DNA from: Bdellovibrionales bacterium
GTDB taxonomy: Bacteria > Bdellovibrionota > Bdellovibrionia > Bdellovibrionales > JAUICD01
Assembly (NCBI GenBank): GCA_965203275.1
Contig: OZ241865.1
Coordinates: forward strand, 1,728,001 to 1,792,000
Direction of reading: 5' to 3'
DNA: 64,000 nt
Positions 10,485 to 20,789 of this stretch are shown here, piece by piece. The translations under genes and the position numbers were made by a program. The notes beneath the pieces were generated by a model. That model did no database searches and was not told the DNA's origin. It was given only the letters and a program-made list of their open reading frames with translations. Each line of letters opens with the position of its first letter. Position 1 is the first letter of the stretch.

Positions 10485-11843
10485 TTAAGGTGACTCAAAA
10501 GTAGGTTTGTAAGTCTTAAGCCAATCAGTATTGCGATGCTTAGATGGTGTGTCATCGACTGAAGGTACAAAATTAGACTGAACAGAAACATTTAAGTTTC
10601 TTCTTTCAAATTCTTCTCGGATTATATTCGCATACTGAATGCCCTTTTCACCTTCAAACATCTGTCTGGCTAAGTTGACAATTTTTATGCCTGCTGTTTC
10701 AAAAGTATCTCCCCAATCCAAAATAGGTAAATGTTCTGTAAAAATTTTAAGGATTTCTTTTTGATCTGTTTCAGGCTTTCGATAGATCTCCCACCAGATA
10801 CTATTATAAAGTATACCCACTAGATGAATTTCACCTTTATTACCATAACTCCTTTCACATTCGTTAAATATAGAGTAAGCTGTTTCATTGTTGGCTTCAT
10901 CTGGATTGCGACTGGGGCCACTTGTTAGACCACAACCTGTCACCCCTCTTAAACTATTGCTGATCAGTTCACCTACCGCCGGTCGATCAGGGAAAAGCAC
11001 AGCAGCATGAAAGTCTGCTTGCCCTTCATTGATAGCAAATAAACAGCCTTTTTCATTCAGACAACAGATAGCACTTCCACCAGGGTCTCTTCTTTCTGTA
11101 TCGGTTAGATCACATACTGATTTACGGTATTTACAGCTTTGATGCGTTCGGCATGCAGCTGTCCCTGTAGCACCAGGCCTGCCTTCTGCACCCCCCTCCA
11201 CTGAATGTTCAAAGTTTGCATGACCTGCTTCATGTGTGATAATTTCTGCACTTAATCCTGCTGCAGTGCAGAGTTTAATTTTATTTTCTAAAGGAGACCA
11301 ATAAGCACAAAAAGGGGAATCCGCTGCGACTTCTACATTGATAGCCTTATCTGTCGCATACCACCCACTGGCATTGGTTTCCATAAAATACTTTTGATAC
11401 ATAAGCCAGTAGTAAGTCATAGCTTGTTCAGTTGAAAAATCCAATTCGCTATAGGGTGTTGTCCACTTACCATTAGAAGAAAGTTTTGCTCTTTGACCAG
11501 GAATCAGCAGTAAGGCCAAATTCACATCATAAGTGCTATTTTTAAGTAATCCTCCCACAGTACCTACAATATTTACAGCATACGTCTGTAGTTGAGTCAG
11601 CTGTGAACCGAGATCTTTCTCACTGAGACCTTGACCTTTTTGTGCCACTGGATTTTTGTCATAAATACAAGCATTTGAGTTGCTATCTTGAGTTTGATTG
11701 CAGTTATTTATAATCCTCCCACCAGGTATGGTGAGACGATCAGGAATGGTACCTCCACCGCCACTTGTAGGATCAAAACTGTAACGACAACTTAAGATGA
11801 AAGTACTTAAAATAAAAAGAGAGATAAAATGAAGATATTTCAT
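10485..11843 (-). CDS. Lipoprotein Zn metallopeptidase (thermolysin/M36-like gluzincin)
   Basis: Lipobox ILSC; HEAGH and NEGQADF motifs; GEIH. Confidence 0.75.
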   Translation of the reverse strand: MKYLHFISLFILSTFILSCRYSFDPTSGGGGTIPDRLTIPGGRIINNCNQTQDSNSNACIYDKNPVAQKGQGLSEKDLGSQLTQLQTYAVNIVGTVGGLLKNSTYDVNLALLLIPGQRAKLSSNGKWTTPYSELDFSTEQAMTYYWLMYQKYFMETNASGWYATDKAINVEVAADSPFCAYWSPLENKIKLCTAAGLSAEIITHEAGHANFEHSVEGGAEGRPGATGTAACRTHQSCKYRKSVCDLTDTERRDPGGSAICCLNEKGCLFAINEGQADFHAAVLFPDRPAVGELISNSLRGVTGCGLTSGPSRNPDEANNETAYSIFNECERSYGNKGEIHLVGILYNSIWWEIYRKPETDQKEILKIFTEHLPILDWGDTFETAGIKIVNLARQMFEGEKGIQYANIIREEFERRNLNVSVQSNFVPSVDDTPSKHRNTDWLKTYKPTFESP

Positions 11844-11932
11844 TCAAACCCTATTTTAGCTAAAACGGCCTTTTAATTTAATTTTATGTCTTATACACAA
11901 CTTTATATCGGTTAAATAATCAAAAAACTTTA

Positions 11933-12837
11933 GTTGGGCCTATTATTATCTAATTTCGGTGATCTTCGTCTACCCGTACGTACCTCTTTCAGAGATACGT
12001 GCGTTGTTTCCCTCAAAATTTCCCTTCCTTGAATCTTTTATCTTTAATTTCGTATATTCACCAGATTAAGCTCCTTTCAGAGAAATGGAAGGTCAATTTT
12101 GAGGAGATCGGCTAAAAATTCACTGCTGAACTTTGAATTTACCTTGATTTTTTTGTATATTTGGTTGGGCCTATTATTATCTAATTTCGGTGATCTTCGT
12201 CTACCCGTACGTACCTCTTTCAGAGATACGTGGGTTGTTTCCCTCAAAATTTCCCTTCCTTGAATCTTTTATCTTTAATTTCGTATATTCACCAGATTAA
12301 GCTCCTTTCAGAGAAATGGAAGGTCAATTTTGAGGAGATCGGCTAAAAATTCACTGCTGAACTTTGAATTTACCTTGATTTTTTTGTATATTTGGTTGGG
12401 CCTATTATTATCTAATTTCGGTGATCTTCGTCTACCCGTACGTACCTCTTTCAGAGATACGTGGGTTGTTTCCCTCAAAATTTCCCTTCCTTGAATCTTT
12501 TATCTTTAATTTCGTATATTCACCAGATTAAGCTCCTTTCAGAGAAATGGAAGGTCAATTTTGAGGAGATCGGCTAAAAATTCACTGCTGAACTTTGAAT
12601 TTACCTTGATTTTTTTGTATATTTGGTTGGGCCTATTATTATCTAATTTCGGTGATCTTCGTCTACCCGTACGTACCTCTTTCAGAGATACGTGCGTTGT
12701 TTCCCTCAAAATTTCCCTTCCTTGAATCTTTTATCTTTAATTTCGTATATTCACCAGATTAAGCTCCTTTCAGAGAAATGGAAGGTCAATTTTGAGGAGA
12801 TCGGCTAAAAATTCACTACTGAACTTTGAATTTACCT
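11933..12837. repeat. Tandem repeat, 231-bp unit x ~3.9, non-coding, internally structured
   Basis: Units start at 11933, 12164, 12395 and 12626; only isolated substitutions; no long ORF. Confidence 0.97.
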
Positions 12838-13600
12838 GGGATCCGGGATCTGGCAACCCGGCATCAGGCAAACGGGCAGGAGCGAAGCGAAAACCTTGTT
12901 TCCTTAACATTTCACTCAAAATGAGCCACACCGCTGGTGTGTTTTTTGGTGTTGCCTGCAAAGGCTTTCGCCTTTGACAAAATAGGCAACACCTAAAAAA
13001 TCCGCTCATTTTGAGTAGAGGAGGATCCTTTTATTCTTTTACACCATGTTAAGGAAATTTTTCTTTTATTGTCTTAAGAGCAAGCGGGTTACAATGAAGG
13101 AACTTTTTCCTTAACATGTAGTCAAAAAACGAAGAGATCCTCCCTTACTAAAAGTAAACGGACTTTTGAGGTAGCCAGCCTTTGATCGACGGCGGTAGCC
13201 GTCGGGCTGGCTACCCAAAAGTAGCCAGAGGCTAGTTTACTTTGAGTGAAACAACTCAGGCAATATTAGATTTGGAATTTGTTGGTTGTATGGAATTAGC
13301 AAAACAAGCTGATAAATTAGGTGCTTTTTTATACAAATTATGTAAAAATACTTAAAAGCAAATTTGAATTTATCCGGGATCTAAGATCCGGGATCCGGGA
13401 TCTGGCAACCCGGCAACAGAAGGATATTTTCCTTAACATGTAGTCAAAAAACGAAGAGATCCTCCTCTACTAAAAGTAAACGGACTTTTGAGGTAGCCAG
13501 CCTTTGATCGACGGCGGTAGCCGTCGGGCTGGCTACCCAAAAGTGACCAGAGGTCAGTTTACTTTTAGTGAACCAAACGGCTAGTTCAATTTTAGGGAAA
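12837..13600. repeat. Cluster 1 of covarying multi-stem element (copies 12899-13057 minus, 13106-13252 plus, 13428-13572 plus) with GGGATCY heptamers and linker
   Basis: TTTCCTTAACAT terminus and nested palindromes shared with other clusters. Confidence 0.92.
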
Positions 13601-13632
13601 TTAACAACAAAGTTAGACAGTAAAAGGTCCAA

Positions 13633-14544
13633 ATGCAGTATGCACTTGAAATAGACAATTTGAAAAAATCATACGGAGATGTACAAGCCATCAGAGGTGT
13701 ATCTTTTCACATAAAACCTGGTGAGATTTATGGCCTTTTAGGTCCGAATGGAGCAGGTAAAACCTCTTTAATCTCAATCATCACTTCTTTAGAAAAACCT
13801 CAATCAGGTACTGTACGTATCTTTGGTAGGGATATTAGTTCAGGAGACAGAATGACAAAAAGCCTTGTAGGGTGTGTTCCTCAAGAAGTGATCAGTCATG
13901 GATTTTTTACTGTTGAAGAAGTTTTGCATTTTGTTTCTGGTTATTATGGATTGCAAAATAACACCCAACGCATTCATGCTCTTTTAAAGCATTTACGGTT
14001 GTGGGAGCATAAAAATAAAAAAATCCCTCATCTCAGTGGCGGCCTCAAGCGTCGGTTTATGATTGCCAAAGCCTTAGTGCATGCTCCTAAGCTTTTATTA
14101 TTAGATGAACCTACAGCAGGTTTAGATATTGAATTGCGAGCTTCTCTTTTAGAGTTTGTCAAATCTCTTAATCAAACAGAAGGCTTAAGTTTGTTGTTGA
14201 CTACTCATTATTTAGAGGAAGCCCAACAGCTATGTGATACGATTGGCATTTTAGATCAGGGTTTATTGAAAAAATCAGGTCATAAAAAACAGCTCATTAA
14301 AGAACTCACATTAAGACATGTTGTTTTAAAATTAAGTCGAGAAATCAATAAGCCTCTACAATCCCCTTATTTAATTAAGCAGGGACCCCATCAAGTGACC
14401 CTTAAATTACCTTATGATTTAGGTGTAGGGGAAGTGATAGATCAAATGCAAATTGCAAAATATGTTTTTGATATAGAAGTTCATGAAGGCAACCTTGAAG
14501 ATGTTTTTATCAATGTTGTAGGTAAAAATGATGTTGTAACATAA
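13633..14544 (+). CDS. ABC-2 type transporter ATP-binding protein (YadG-like)
   Basis: GPNGAGKT, LSGG, LLLLDEPT and TTHY motifs. Confidence 0.93.
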   Translation: MQYALEIDNLKKSYGDVQAIRGVSFHIKPGEIYGLLGPNGAGKTSLISIITSLEKPQSGTVRIFGRDISSGDRMTKSLVGCVPQEVISHGFFTVEEVLHFVSGYYGLQNNTQRIHALLKHLRLWEHKNKKIPHLSGGLKRRFMIAKALVHAPKLLLLDEPTAGLDIELRASLLEFVKSLNQTEGLSLLLTTHYLEEAQQLCDTIGILDQGLLKKSGHKKQLIKELTLRHVVLKLSREINKPLQSPYLIKQGPHQVTLKLPYDLGVGEVIDQMQIAKYVFDIEVHEGNLEDVFINVVGKNDVVT

Positions 14545-14866
14545 ATCGTTCGTTTTAGCAAAGTTATAACACTTGAATCATCATAGACATTAGATATTAT
14601 TTCACTTTAAATATATGTTCAAGTCGGTACAGCAGACATATCAAAAAATTTATGTAACAGAAAAATTAGAAATTCCTATCAAGTTATTATTTGTAAAAAG
14701 TGTATTGTTCCTTGTAATTTTTACAAGGTGAGTTTTTATTCCTTTGCATATTGGATTTATTTATGATAAATATGTTCATTTGCAACATTTGCAACAAAAT
14801 TTATATATTACAAAGCACTTTTTAAAGAAATTATAATATAAATCAAACAAAAGGATATATCAAATT

Positions 14867-15922
14867 ATGAGGGAATTTATATTTATAGCTACTCTATTGA
14901 TAAATTCAACCAGTTATATGGTATTAGCTCAAAATACACAGATAGATGCTATTCCATTTTATGGCATTGGAGGTTTAGATCGTATTGAAAATTTTGAACA
15001 CTATCATCAAAACAGTTTTGAACATCATCATCAAAACAAAACAGATACTTATTTATTATTTGATTTTGAATGCTCTGAAGCTGATTGTAAAACAGTGATC
15101 TCTGATCCTGATGGACTGGCCTCTCTACTGGTAGCTCAATCTATGTTGCAAAGAGAGTACTTGTGTTCTTCTGATGCGATGTTCGATAGTCCTGTACCTC
15201 AATGGAAAGAAATCATAGCACCTTTTTATATACAAAAACTTCTTCGAATGAAACATCAATGCCAATACAACTTAGAAACTTTCTACGGGCCTAAAAAGCG
15301 ACCAACTCCAGCCCAAAATCGAACCTGCATCAAAGACGACAGGATTTTTATAGAACAAAATAGAAATAATCAAATAATATGTCGGGGAGGAGAACGCTTT
15401 GAAGATTTTTGCGAAAGATTAGATCAAGATGCCTCGAAGGTTTTAGAGCATATTTTTCAAGGAAAGCTACCAAATGATTTAGAGTCCATAGACCAAGGGG
15501 AAATAGCACCTTTGACTTATAGTGATCTTAATTTTATTTCTGATTTTCTTAAAAAATATGAAAAACAATATTTATATGTTCATGCCAGTCAAAATATGTA
15601 TCATGAAGAGCTGGGTATTTTCGGCACACCCAACACCAACGAAGGCAATTCCATATATGAGCAAATTCCACTATTGAGAGGAGATACACGTCTTAGTAAG
15701 TATTTGAGAATAGGCTATAATGAGAACAATCAAGATATTTTAAGGTTTTCTAACCATAAACCTCAACAGCCTCCTGCATTTTGTAGACGCATTAAACATC
15801 AATTAGTTGATATTATCCAAAATCAAATGACTATTCTTCTTTTTGATCCTAACAGGAATAATGCTCTTATCCCATCTATAAGGGTTCAATTAAATCAGAG
15901 TTTGTTAGCAATAGAAGGATGA
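14867..15922 (+). CDS. Secreted hypothetical protein
   Basis: 351-aa ORF with signal-like N-terminus. Confidence 0.7.
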   Translation: MREFIFIATLLINSTSYMVLAQNTQIDAIPFYGIGGLDRIENFEHYHQNSFEHHHQNKTDTYLLFDFECSEADCKTVISDPDGLASLLVAQSMLQREYLCSSDAMFDSPVPQWKEIIAPFYIQKLLRMKHQCQYNLETFYGPKKRPTPAQNRTCIKDDRIFIEQNRNNQIICRGGERFEDFCERLDQDASKVLEHIFQGKLPNDLESIDQGEIAPLTYSDLNFISDFLKKYEKQYLYVHASQNMYHEELGIFGTPNTNEGNSIYEQIPLLRGDTRLSKYLRIGYNENNQDILRFSNHKPQQPPAFCRRIKHQLVDIIQNQMTILLFDPNRNNALIPSIRVQLNQSLLAIEG

Positions 15923-15963
15923 TCCCTAACCCCACCCCCCACCCTTGATTCTGCTTTCCTATT

Positions 15964-16218
15964 TTGTTTTTATTTGAGGATAGGGTAAAAAACAGCAATT
16001 CAAAGATAGCTCCCGGAATCGATACAAAAGGTCCAGGTGGGCTAGGTGTTTTATATAAATGGCCTTTTATGATAAGTCACAATGATAAAGACGAGTTTTT
16101 AAGCTATTTGCGTGAGGGTGGTATTAACTCGGCCGGCCGGAGGGCTAATATGCAAATTAAAGCGGTTTTAAGGCTATTTTTAGCTTTCAAAACATCAATG
16201 ATCGTGGGATTTGGATAA
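15964..16218 (+). pseudogene. Fragment resembling the C-terminal part of a bifunctional primase-polymerase (Prim-Pol) domain
   Basis: APGIDTKGPGGLGV resembles the PGIDxRGxGGYVV motif; no good start codon. Confidence 0.4.
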
Positions 16219-16350
16219 AAAAGACCGACTTCTGGTAGTACATAAAGCCGGCCTTATGGATATTAGAAAGTGTTGTATATTTTATCGGCATCTATTGACT
16301 TTTCTTTACTTTTAATTTAAAAGGCTTATAATAAAATAAGGAAGGTCAAA

Positions 16351-16635
16351 ATGAAATTTAATAAAGATATGAAAGAAAATCTTATAGTTATAGCAACATT
16401 TATATTTGGCGTTGTCGGTGTTGTAGCAAGTATATTTTTTATAGATGATATGGTGCATCGATCTATGAAAATGCAAATAAGTGATATAAAGACTCAAAAT
16501 AAATTTATGGAAACACAAGTAACCGATATAAAGATACAAATGAAAGCTGTTGAAAATAAGATTGATAATATGGCTGAACAAAATAAAGAATTTCAAAGAG
16601 AAGTAAAGGCACTTATTAAAGCTTCAAATAATTAA
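16351..16635 (+). CDS. Small single-TM plus coiled-coil protein (paralog of 34287-34640)
   Basis: One TM segment, heptad-rich tail ending KIDNMAEQNK...ASNN. Confidence 0.75.
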   Translation: MKFNKDMKENLIVIATFIFGVVGVVASIFFIDDMVHRSMKMQISDIKTQNKFMETQVTDIKIQMKAVENKIDNMAEQNKEFQREVKALIKASNN

Positions 16636-16701
16636 CATTATCCAAAGAGGATGATATAAAATAATTTCTACTATTGTAGATAAAATTCATGATTCCATAT
16701 C

Positions 16702-16730
16702 AAAAGAGGCTTGATAGCCTCTTTTTTTTT
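16702..16730 (+). terminator. Rho-independent terminator
   Basis: AAAAGAGGC-TTGATA-GCCTCTTTTTTTTT. Confidence 0.8.
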
Positions 16731-16780
16731 GTATATATAAAGATTGATTATCGTAAGGCCCTCCGAGGGCGTATGATCGT

Positions 16781-17110
16781 ATGCCAAACCCACAAAAACT
16801 GATAAGGAAAGCTTATATGGATGCTATGAAAAGAATGAAAGAGAGAGAGGACATATACAAAGATATGTTTAAGATGTTTTGTTCTCAATTAATGAATGAC
16901 AATATAGGTATTCAGAGATTCATAAAAAACTATGTTGATAATATAACGTTTGATGGTGATCATTCCAAAGACCATCAACACTTACAATATGTTAAGGGAT
17001 TATCCGAGAAGAAGCTCAAACATTATACAAATCTTACCTTGCTAACAAGATTAATATCCTTAGATGATCTAAACCCACTTGAGATATACGACATTGTTTT
17101 GAAATCTTAA
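16781..17110 (+). CDS. Hypothetical protein (island)
   Basis: 109-aa ORF. Confidence 0.55.
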   Translation: MPNPQKLIRKAYMDAMKRMKEREDIYKDMFKMFCSQLMNDNIGIQRFIKNYVDNITFDGDHSKDHQHLQYVKGLSEKKLKHYTNLTLLTRLISLDDLNPLEIYDIVLKS

Positions 17111-17318
17111 CAAATTGAAATTCTATTTTTGAGTCCCTTCAAAATAAGCCTCGGGCGGGGCGAGGGGGTGGGGTTTGCTCTCTTGACAAAAATTTAAAAG
17201 AATCCTATAAAATTGCCTATTTGGTGTCATTTTGAGATCAAAAAAAGTCGATTTTGACCTTGTTTTCCGGAAAAGCAAATCGGCATGACAAAAAAAGACT
17301 ATAGAGTTAGCTTAAGGT

Positions 17319-17636
17319 ATGACTAAGAAATCTCAAAATTCAAATTCAGATAAAAAGAAGACATATTATCACCGGAAAGCATGGAAGGTTTTAAGATTAG
17401 AAATCTTAAGAGAGCATCCTTATTGTAGAATGTGCTTAAAGAAACGTATTTTTACCAAAGCTACTCATATTGATCATATTAACGGCTTTAATAATGAGGA
17501 TGAGTTCTTTGATAGAGATAACCTTCAGGCTTTATGTTTGCCTTGCCATTCCAGTAAAACCCATGCGGCCGGGGGCGACGACTGGCTTCGTCGACGAAAG
17601 GCCAAACTCGGAGTTATAGAATATTTTGATTATTAA
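17319..17636 (+). CDS. HNH endonuclease (phage packaging-associated type)
   Basis: W..LR...L..HPYCRMC, HIDH, NLQALCLPCHSSKT. Confidence 0.9.
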   Translation: MTKKSQNSNSDKKKTYYHRKAWKVLRLEILREHPYCRMCLKKRIFTKATHIDHINGFNNEDEFFDRDNLQALCLPCHSSKTHAAGGDDWLRRRKAKLGVIEYFDY

Positions 17637-17852
17637 ATGGTCGATTTTCAACTTCTAAGCTCAACTGCTTGTAAGCCAATAACCATCACAAAAAAACTTA
17701 TATTTTTTTTTGTTAAGACCTCGCAATCGTTAGAGGCTGAACCCCCACAAGGGACTCCATACCATGTTTTTTATCCTTAAGTAAGTCCAAAGACCGGCTT
17801 GAAAAGAGCATAAAGGCCGCTTGCTACGGCCCGTATATTCTTAATTAAATAG

Positions 17853-18251
17853 TTATTCTACCGACTCTCTTAAGAGTCTTTTCACATCTTCTGAAAAATC
17901 TCTCTCAGGGTCTAAGAGACTCTCTCCAGCTTTATTCGGATGATTGACGTCCGCACCATATTCTAGCAATAACCTTACAACTGCTATATGGCCTCTCATA
18001 CTAGCAATCATTAAAGCCGTCCAAAGCTCTTCCAGAGTATGATCATACTTTTCTAGCGATGACCTTACAACCTCAATATGGCCTTCACGACTAGCATATA
18101 TTAAAAGCGGATGGCTATGTGTGTCTTGATGATTGACTTTGACTCTATGGTCTTTATAACGAGCATCCACTAAGGTACTTTGAGTAGCTTCTGAAATTTG
18201 ACATACAACCATGGACAAAAATAAAAATATAGATAAAAATATATTTCTCAT
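17853..18251 (-). CDS. Secreted ankyrin-repeat protein (short)
   Basis: Signal peptide; LLIYASREGHIEVV and TALMIASMRGHIAVVRLLLEYGADVN. Confidence 0.85.
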   Translation of the reverse strand: MRNIFLSIFLFLSMVVCQISEATQSTLVDARYKDHRVKVNHQDTHSHPLLIYASREGHIEVVRSSLEKYDHTLEELWTALMIASMRGHIAVVRLLLEYGADVNHPNKAGESLLDPERDFSEDVKRLLRESVE

Positions 18252-18512
18252 TATTTGATACTCCTTTTAAATTGGTTAAAATTTTTAAGTTAAATAACAA
18301 TAAAGTACATACATAAAGTACATACAAGGTTAAAGCCTTGATTAAAAGGGCTTTTTCTATGTTTTAGAAATAAACCTTGATAATTTTTGTAAATATATCT
18401 TATTTAGTGGCCAAAGTCAAGCACTTTTTAAGAATTAAGTAAAAAAAGTGAATAGGAACATCCTTAAGTAAGTCTGAAGCCCTATATTTCCATAGTTTTT
18501 TATAAGGAAAAT

Positions 18513-18802
18513 TTTCCTTAACATGGAGTTAAAAAACGAGAGGATTCTTCCTACTAAAAATAAACGGATTTTTGAGGCAATCAGCCTTTTATCGACGGCG
18601 ACAGCCGTCGGGCTAACTATTAGAAGGATGTTTTCCTTAACATGGTGTTAAGAAACGAAGAGATCCTCCCTACTCAAAGTGAACAGGCTTTTGAGACAAT
18701 GACCATTTTGTCAAAGGCGAAAGCCTTTGCGGTCATTGTCCAAAAGTGGCCAGAGGCCAGTTCACTTTGAGTGAAACAGAGGCTGGTTTATTTTTAGTGA
18801 AA
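18513..18802 (+). repeat. Cluster 2 of covarying multi-stem element (truncated copy, full copy 18632-18777, 3' stub)
   Basis: TTTCCTTAACATGG start, nested palindromes. Confidence 0.9.
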
Positions 18803-18813
18803 ATAAATACGGC

Positions 18814-18842
18814 TTGACTTCTTAGATATATGATGTTATAAA
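18814..18842 (+). promoter_or_regulatory. sigma70-type promoter of ankyrin gene
   Basis: TTGACT-N17-TATAAA; conserved upstream of the paralog at 27393-27421. Confidence 0.7.
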
Positions 18843-18867
18843 ATCAAAAATTCAAAGGAAGGTACAA

Positions 18868-19782
18868 ATGAAAAAATATATTTTTATCCTATTTATTGCT
18901 TTGCTTGTTTCTAGTGATTCTCTATCTATGGGCCGGGTCCCATGGAAGACTTGTGCAAAAAGCCTTATGCCAAGTTCAAAACAAAAAGTTATTAAAAAGT
19001 CCTTAAGTGAGAGTGAATTATTGAAGCGAATCAAAGCTTTATTAAATCTTGTTCGTGCCGGCGGTCGCCGTAGGCTAATAGCTGGTTCTAACGTCAATCA
19101 TCAAGACAATTATGGCAATACGGTTTTAATGTACGCAAGCAGAGATAATATAAAAATTGTAAGATTATTGCTAGAAAATGGTGCTAATGTCAATCTTCAA
19201 AACAAAGATGGCAATACGGCTTTAATGTACGCAAGCATATATAATAAGATAGAGATTGTAAGGTTATTGATAGAAAAAGGTGCGGACGTCGATCTTCAAA
19301 ACCTATTTGGCACGACGGCTTTAATGTTTGCCAGAGTCCATATAGAGATTGTAAGGTTATTGCTAGAAAATGGTGCTAACTTTGACCTTCAAGACGACTA
19401 TGGCTGGACGGCTTTAATGCTTGCCAGTGATGAAGGCCATACAGAGATTGTAAGGGCTTTGCTAGCGGCCGGAGCTAACGTCAATCATACACGCGATTAT
19501 AGCCGGACGGCTTTAATACATGCTAGTTCTGAAGACCATATAGAGATTGTAAGGTTATTGATAGAATATGGTGCTAACGTCAATCATCAAGACATGATTA
19601 AAATGTCGGCTTTAATGTTTGCTAGTCGTGAAGGCCATACAGAGATTGTAAGGGCTTTGCTAGCGGCCGGAGCTAAAGTCGATCTGCAAGACAAAGATGG
19701 CTGGACGGCTTTAAGGTTTGCTAGTAAGCAAGGCCATACTGAAATTGAAAGACTATTAAGAGAGGCCGGAGCTACAGAATAA
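18868..19782 (+). CDS. Secreted ankyrin-repeat protein (~7 repeats)
   Basis: Repeated GxTALMxAS..GHxEIVRLLLxxGAxVN. Confidence 0.95.
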   Translation: MKKYIFILFIALLVSSDSLSMGRVPWKTCAKSLMPSSKQKVIKKSLSESELLKRIKALLNLVRAGGRRRLIAGSNVNHQDNYGNTVLMYASRDNIKIVRLLLENGANVNLQNKDGNTALMYASIYNKIEIVRLLIEKGADVDLQNLFGTTALMFARVHIEIVRLLLENGANFDLQDDYGWTALMLASDEGHTEIVRALLAAGANVNHTRDYSRTALIHASSEDHIEIVRLLIEYGANVNHQDMIKMSALMFASREGHTEIVRALLAAGAKVDLQDKDGWTALRFASKQGHTEIERLLREAGATE

Positions 19783-19866
19783 GACCAATTCTATAAATCT
19801 ACGTATTTTTTTGACTTTCTTAAAGCTGTGTTGCACTTTAAAGTAAACTAGGGTGGGAGACACAGC

Positions 19867-20590
19867 TTGAATATCAAACAACATGTAGCTTATTATCGAG
19901 TATCAACGTCAAAGCAAACTATTGGCTTACAAACTCAAGAGACAATGGTCAAAGCCTATCTTAAAGATCAATGGCCTCCTATTAAATCATTCACAGAGAA
20001 GGAAAGTGGTAAGTGTGATAAGAATCGACCGCAATTGCAATTGGCTTTGGAGTATTGCCAACAGCACAAGGCAACTTTGGTCGTGGCTACATTGAGTCGT
20101 TTAAGTAGGGATTTGCATTTTATAACGTCCCTATCCAAATCTTAAGATAGATTTTGTATGTTGTGATATGCCTGATGCAACACCTCTGACAATAAACTTG
20201 ATGGGAGCGATTGCTCAATATGAAAGAGAGACTGTATCTAAAAGAACAAAAAGAGCTTTAGCAGAGTTAAAAAATCGTGGGGTGGAACTTGGAGCAAATA
20301 ATCCTAAGGTAAAGGCCGGTCTTGAGAAATATCGTGAAAGACAAAAAAAAGAACAAAATAACAAGTTAAAGCCTCAAAAAATTAAAGCATCATCTCAATT
20401 GAGTAACCCCTCAAAAGTAGAGCAAGCTGATCAAAGGCATATTCAAGCACTAAAGGTATTAAGAAATAACAAAAATTCATGGAAAGAGATTGCTTTTCAA
20501 TTTAACCTGCTCGGTTTTCCGACTCGTTTTAGAGGCAAGTGGCATCGAACGTCAATTAAGAGGCTTGCAGATCGTCTAAATATCCATTGA
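19867..20590 (+). pseudogene. Serine recombinase (resolvase family), frameshifted
   Basis: YYRVST and RLSR motifs; one extra T near 20143 breaks ...SKS|KIDFVCCDMPDA... Confidence 0.85.
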
Positions 20591-20615
20591 AGTATAATAG
20601 AATCGGTCTTTTGTT

Positions 20616-20786
20616 ATGGGTATGGTCACATTTTAGCTCATAGTCTTAACGAGCAATAAGGCTAAAAGAATATTTGAAATATTAAAAGCCGAATGCAAGG
20701 TTTACCAAATAACACAAAATGGTGGCTATCATTTCTTTGTTAGAGGGAATTTAAAAAACTGGGAGCCTTCCGAAGTCCTCAATTGA
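20616..20786 (+). pseudogene. Prim-Pol N-terminal fragment with internal stop
   Basis: Translates MGMVTF*LIVL...YQITQNGGYHFFV, resembling the TxSGGxHxYF motif. Confidence 0.45.
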
Positions 20787-20789
20787 GCT

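Noticed and set aside
11933..12837. CRISPR array or hammerhead ribozyme array
   Set aside because: Whole units are identical with no unique spacers and no cas genes; no CUGANGA core was found in the required position.
12899..13057. Integron attC sites (TAAC...GTTA ends, paired arms, bulged base)
   Set aside because: The spacer is highly asymmetric (about 31 vs 5 nt), most copies lack the closing GTT arm, copies are clustered instead of separating single ORFs, and no integrase is present. Not fully excluded.
12770..13632. Short ORFs 12770-13009, 12792-12977 and 13444-13632
   Set aside because: They lie entirely within repeat elements.
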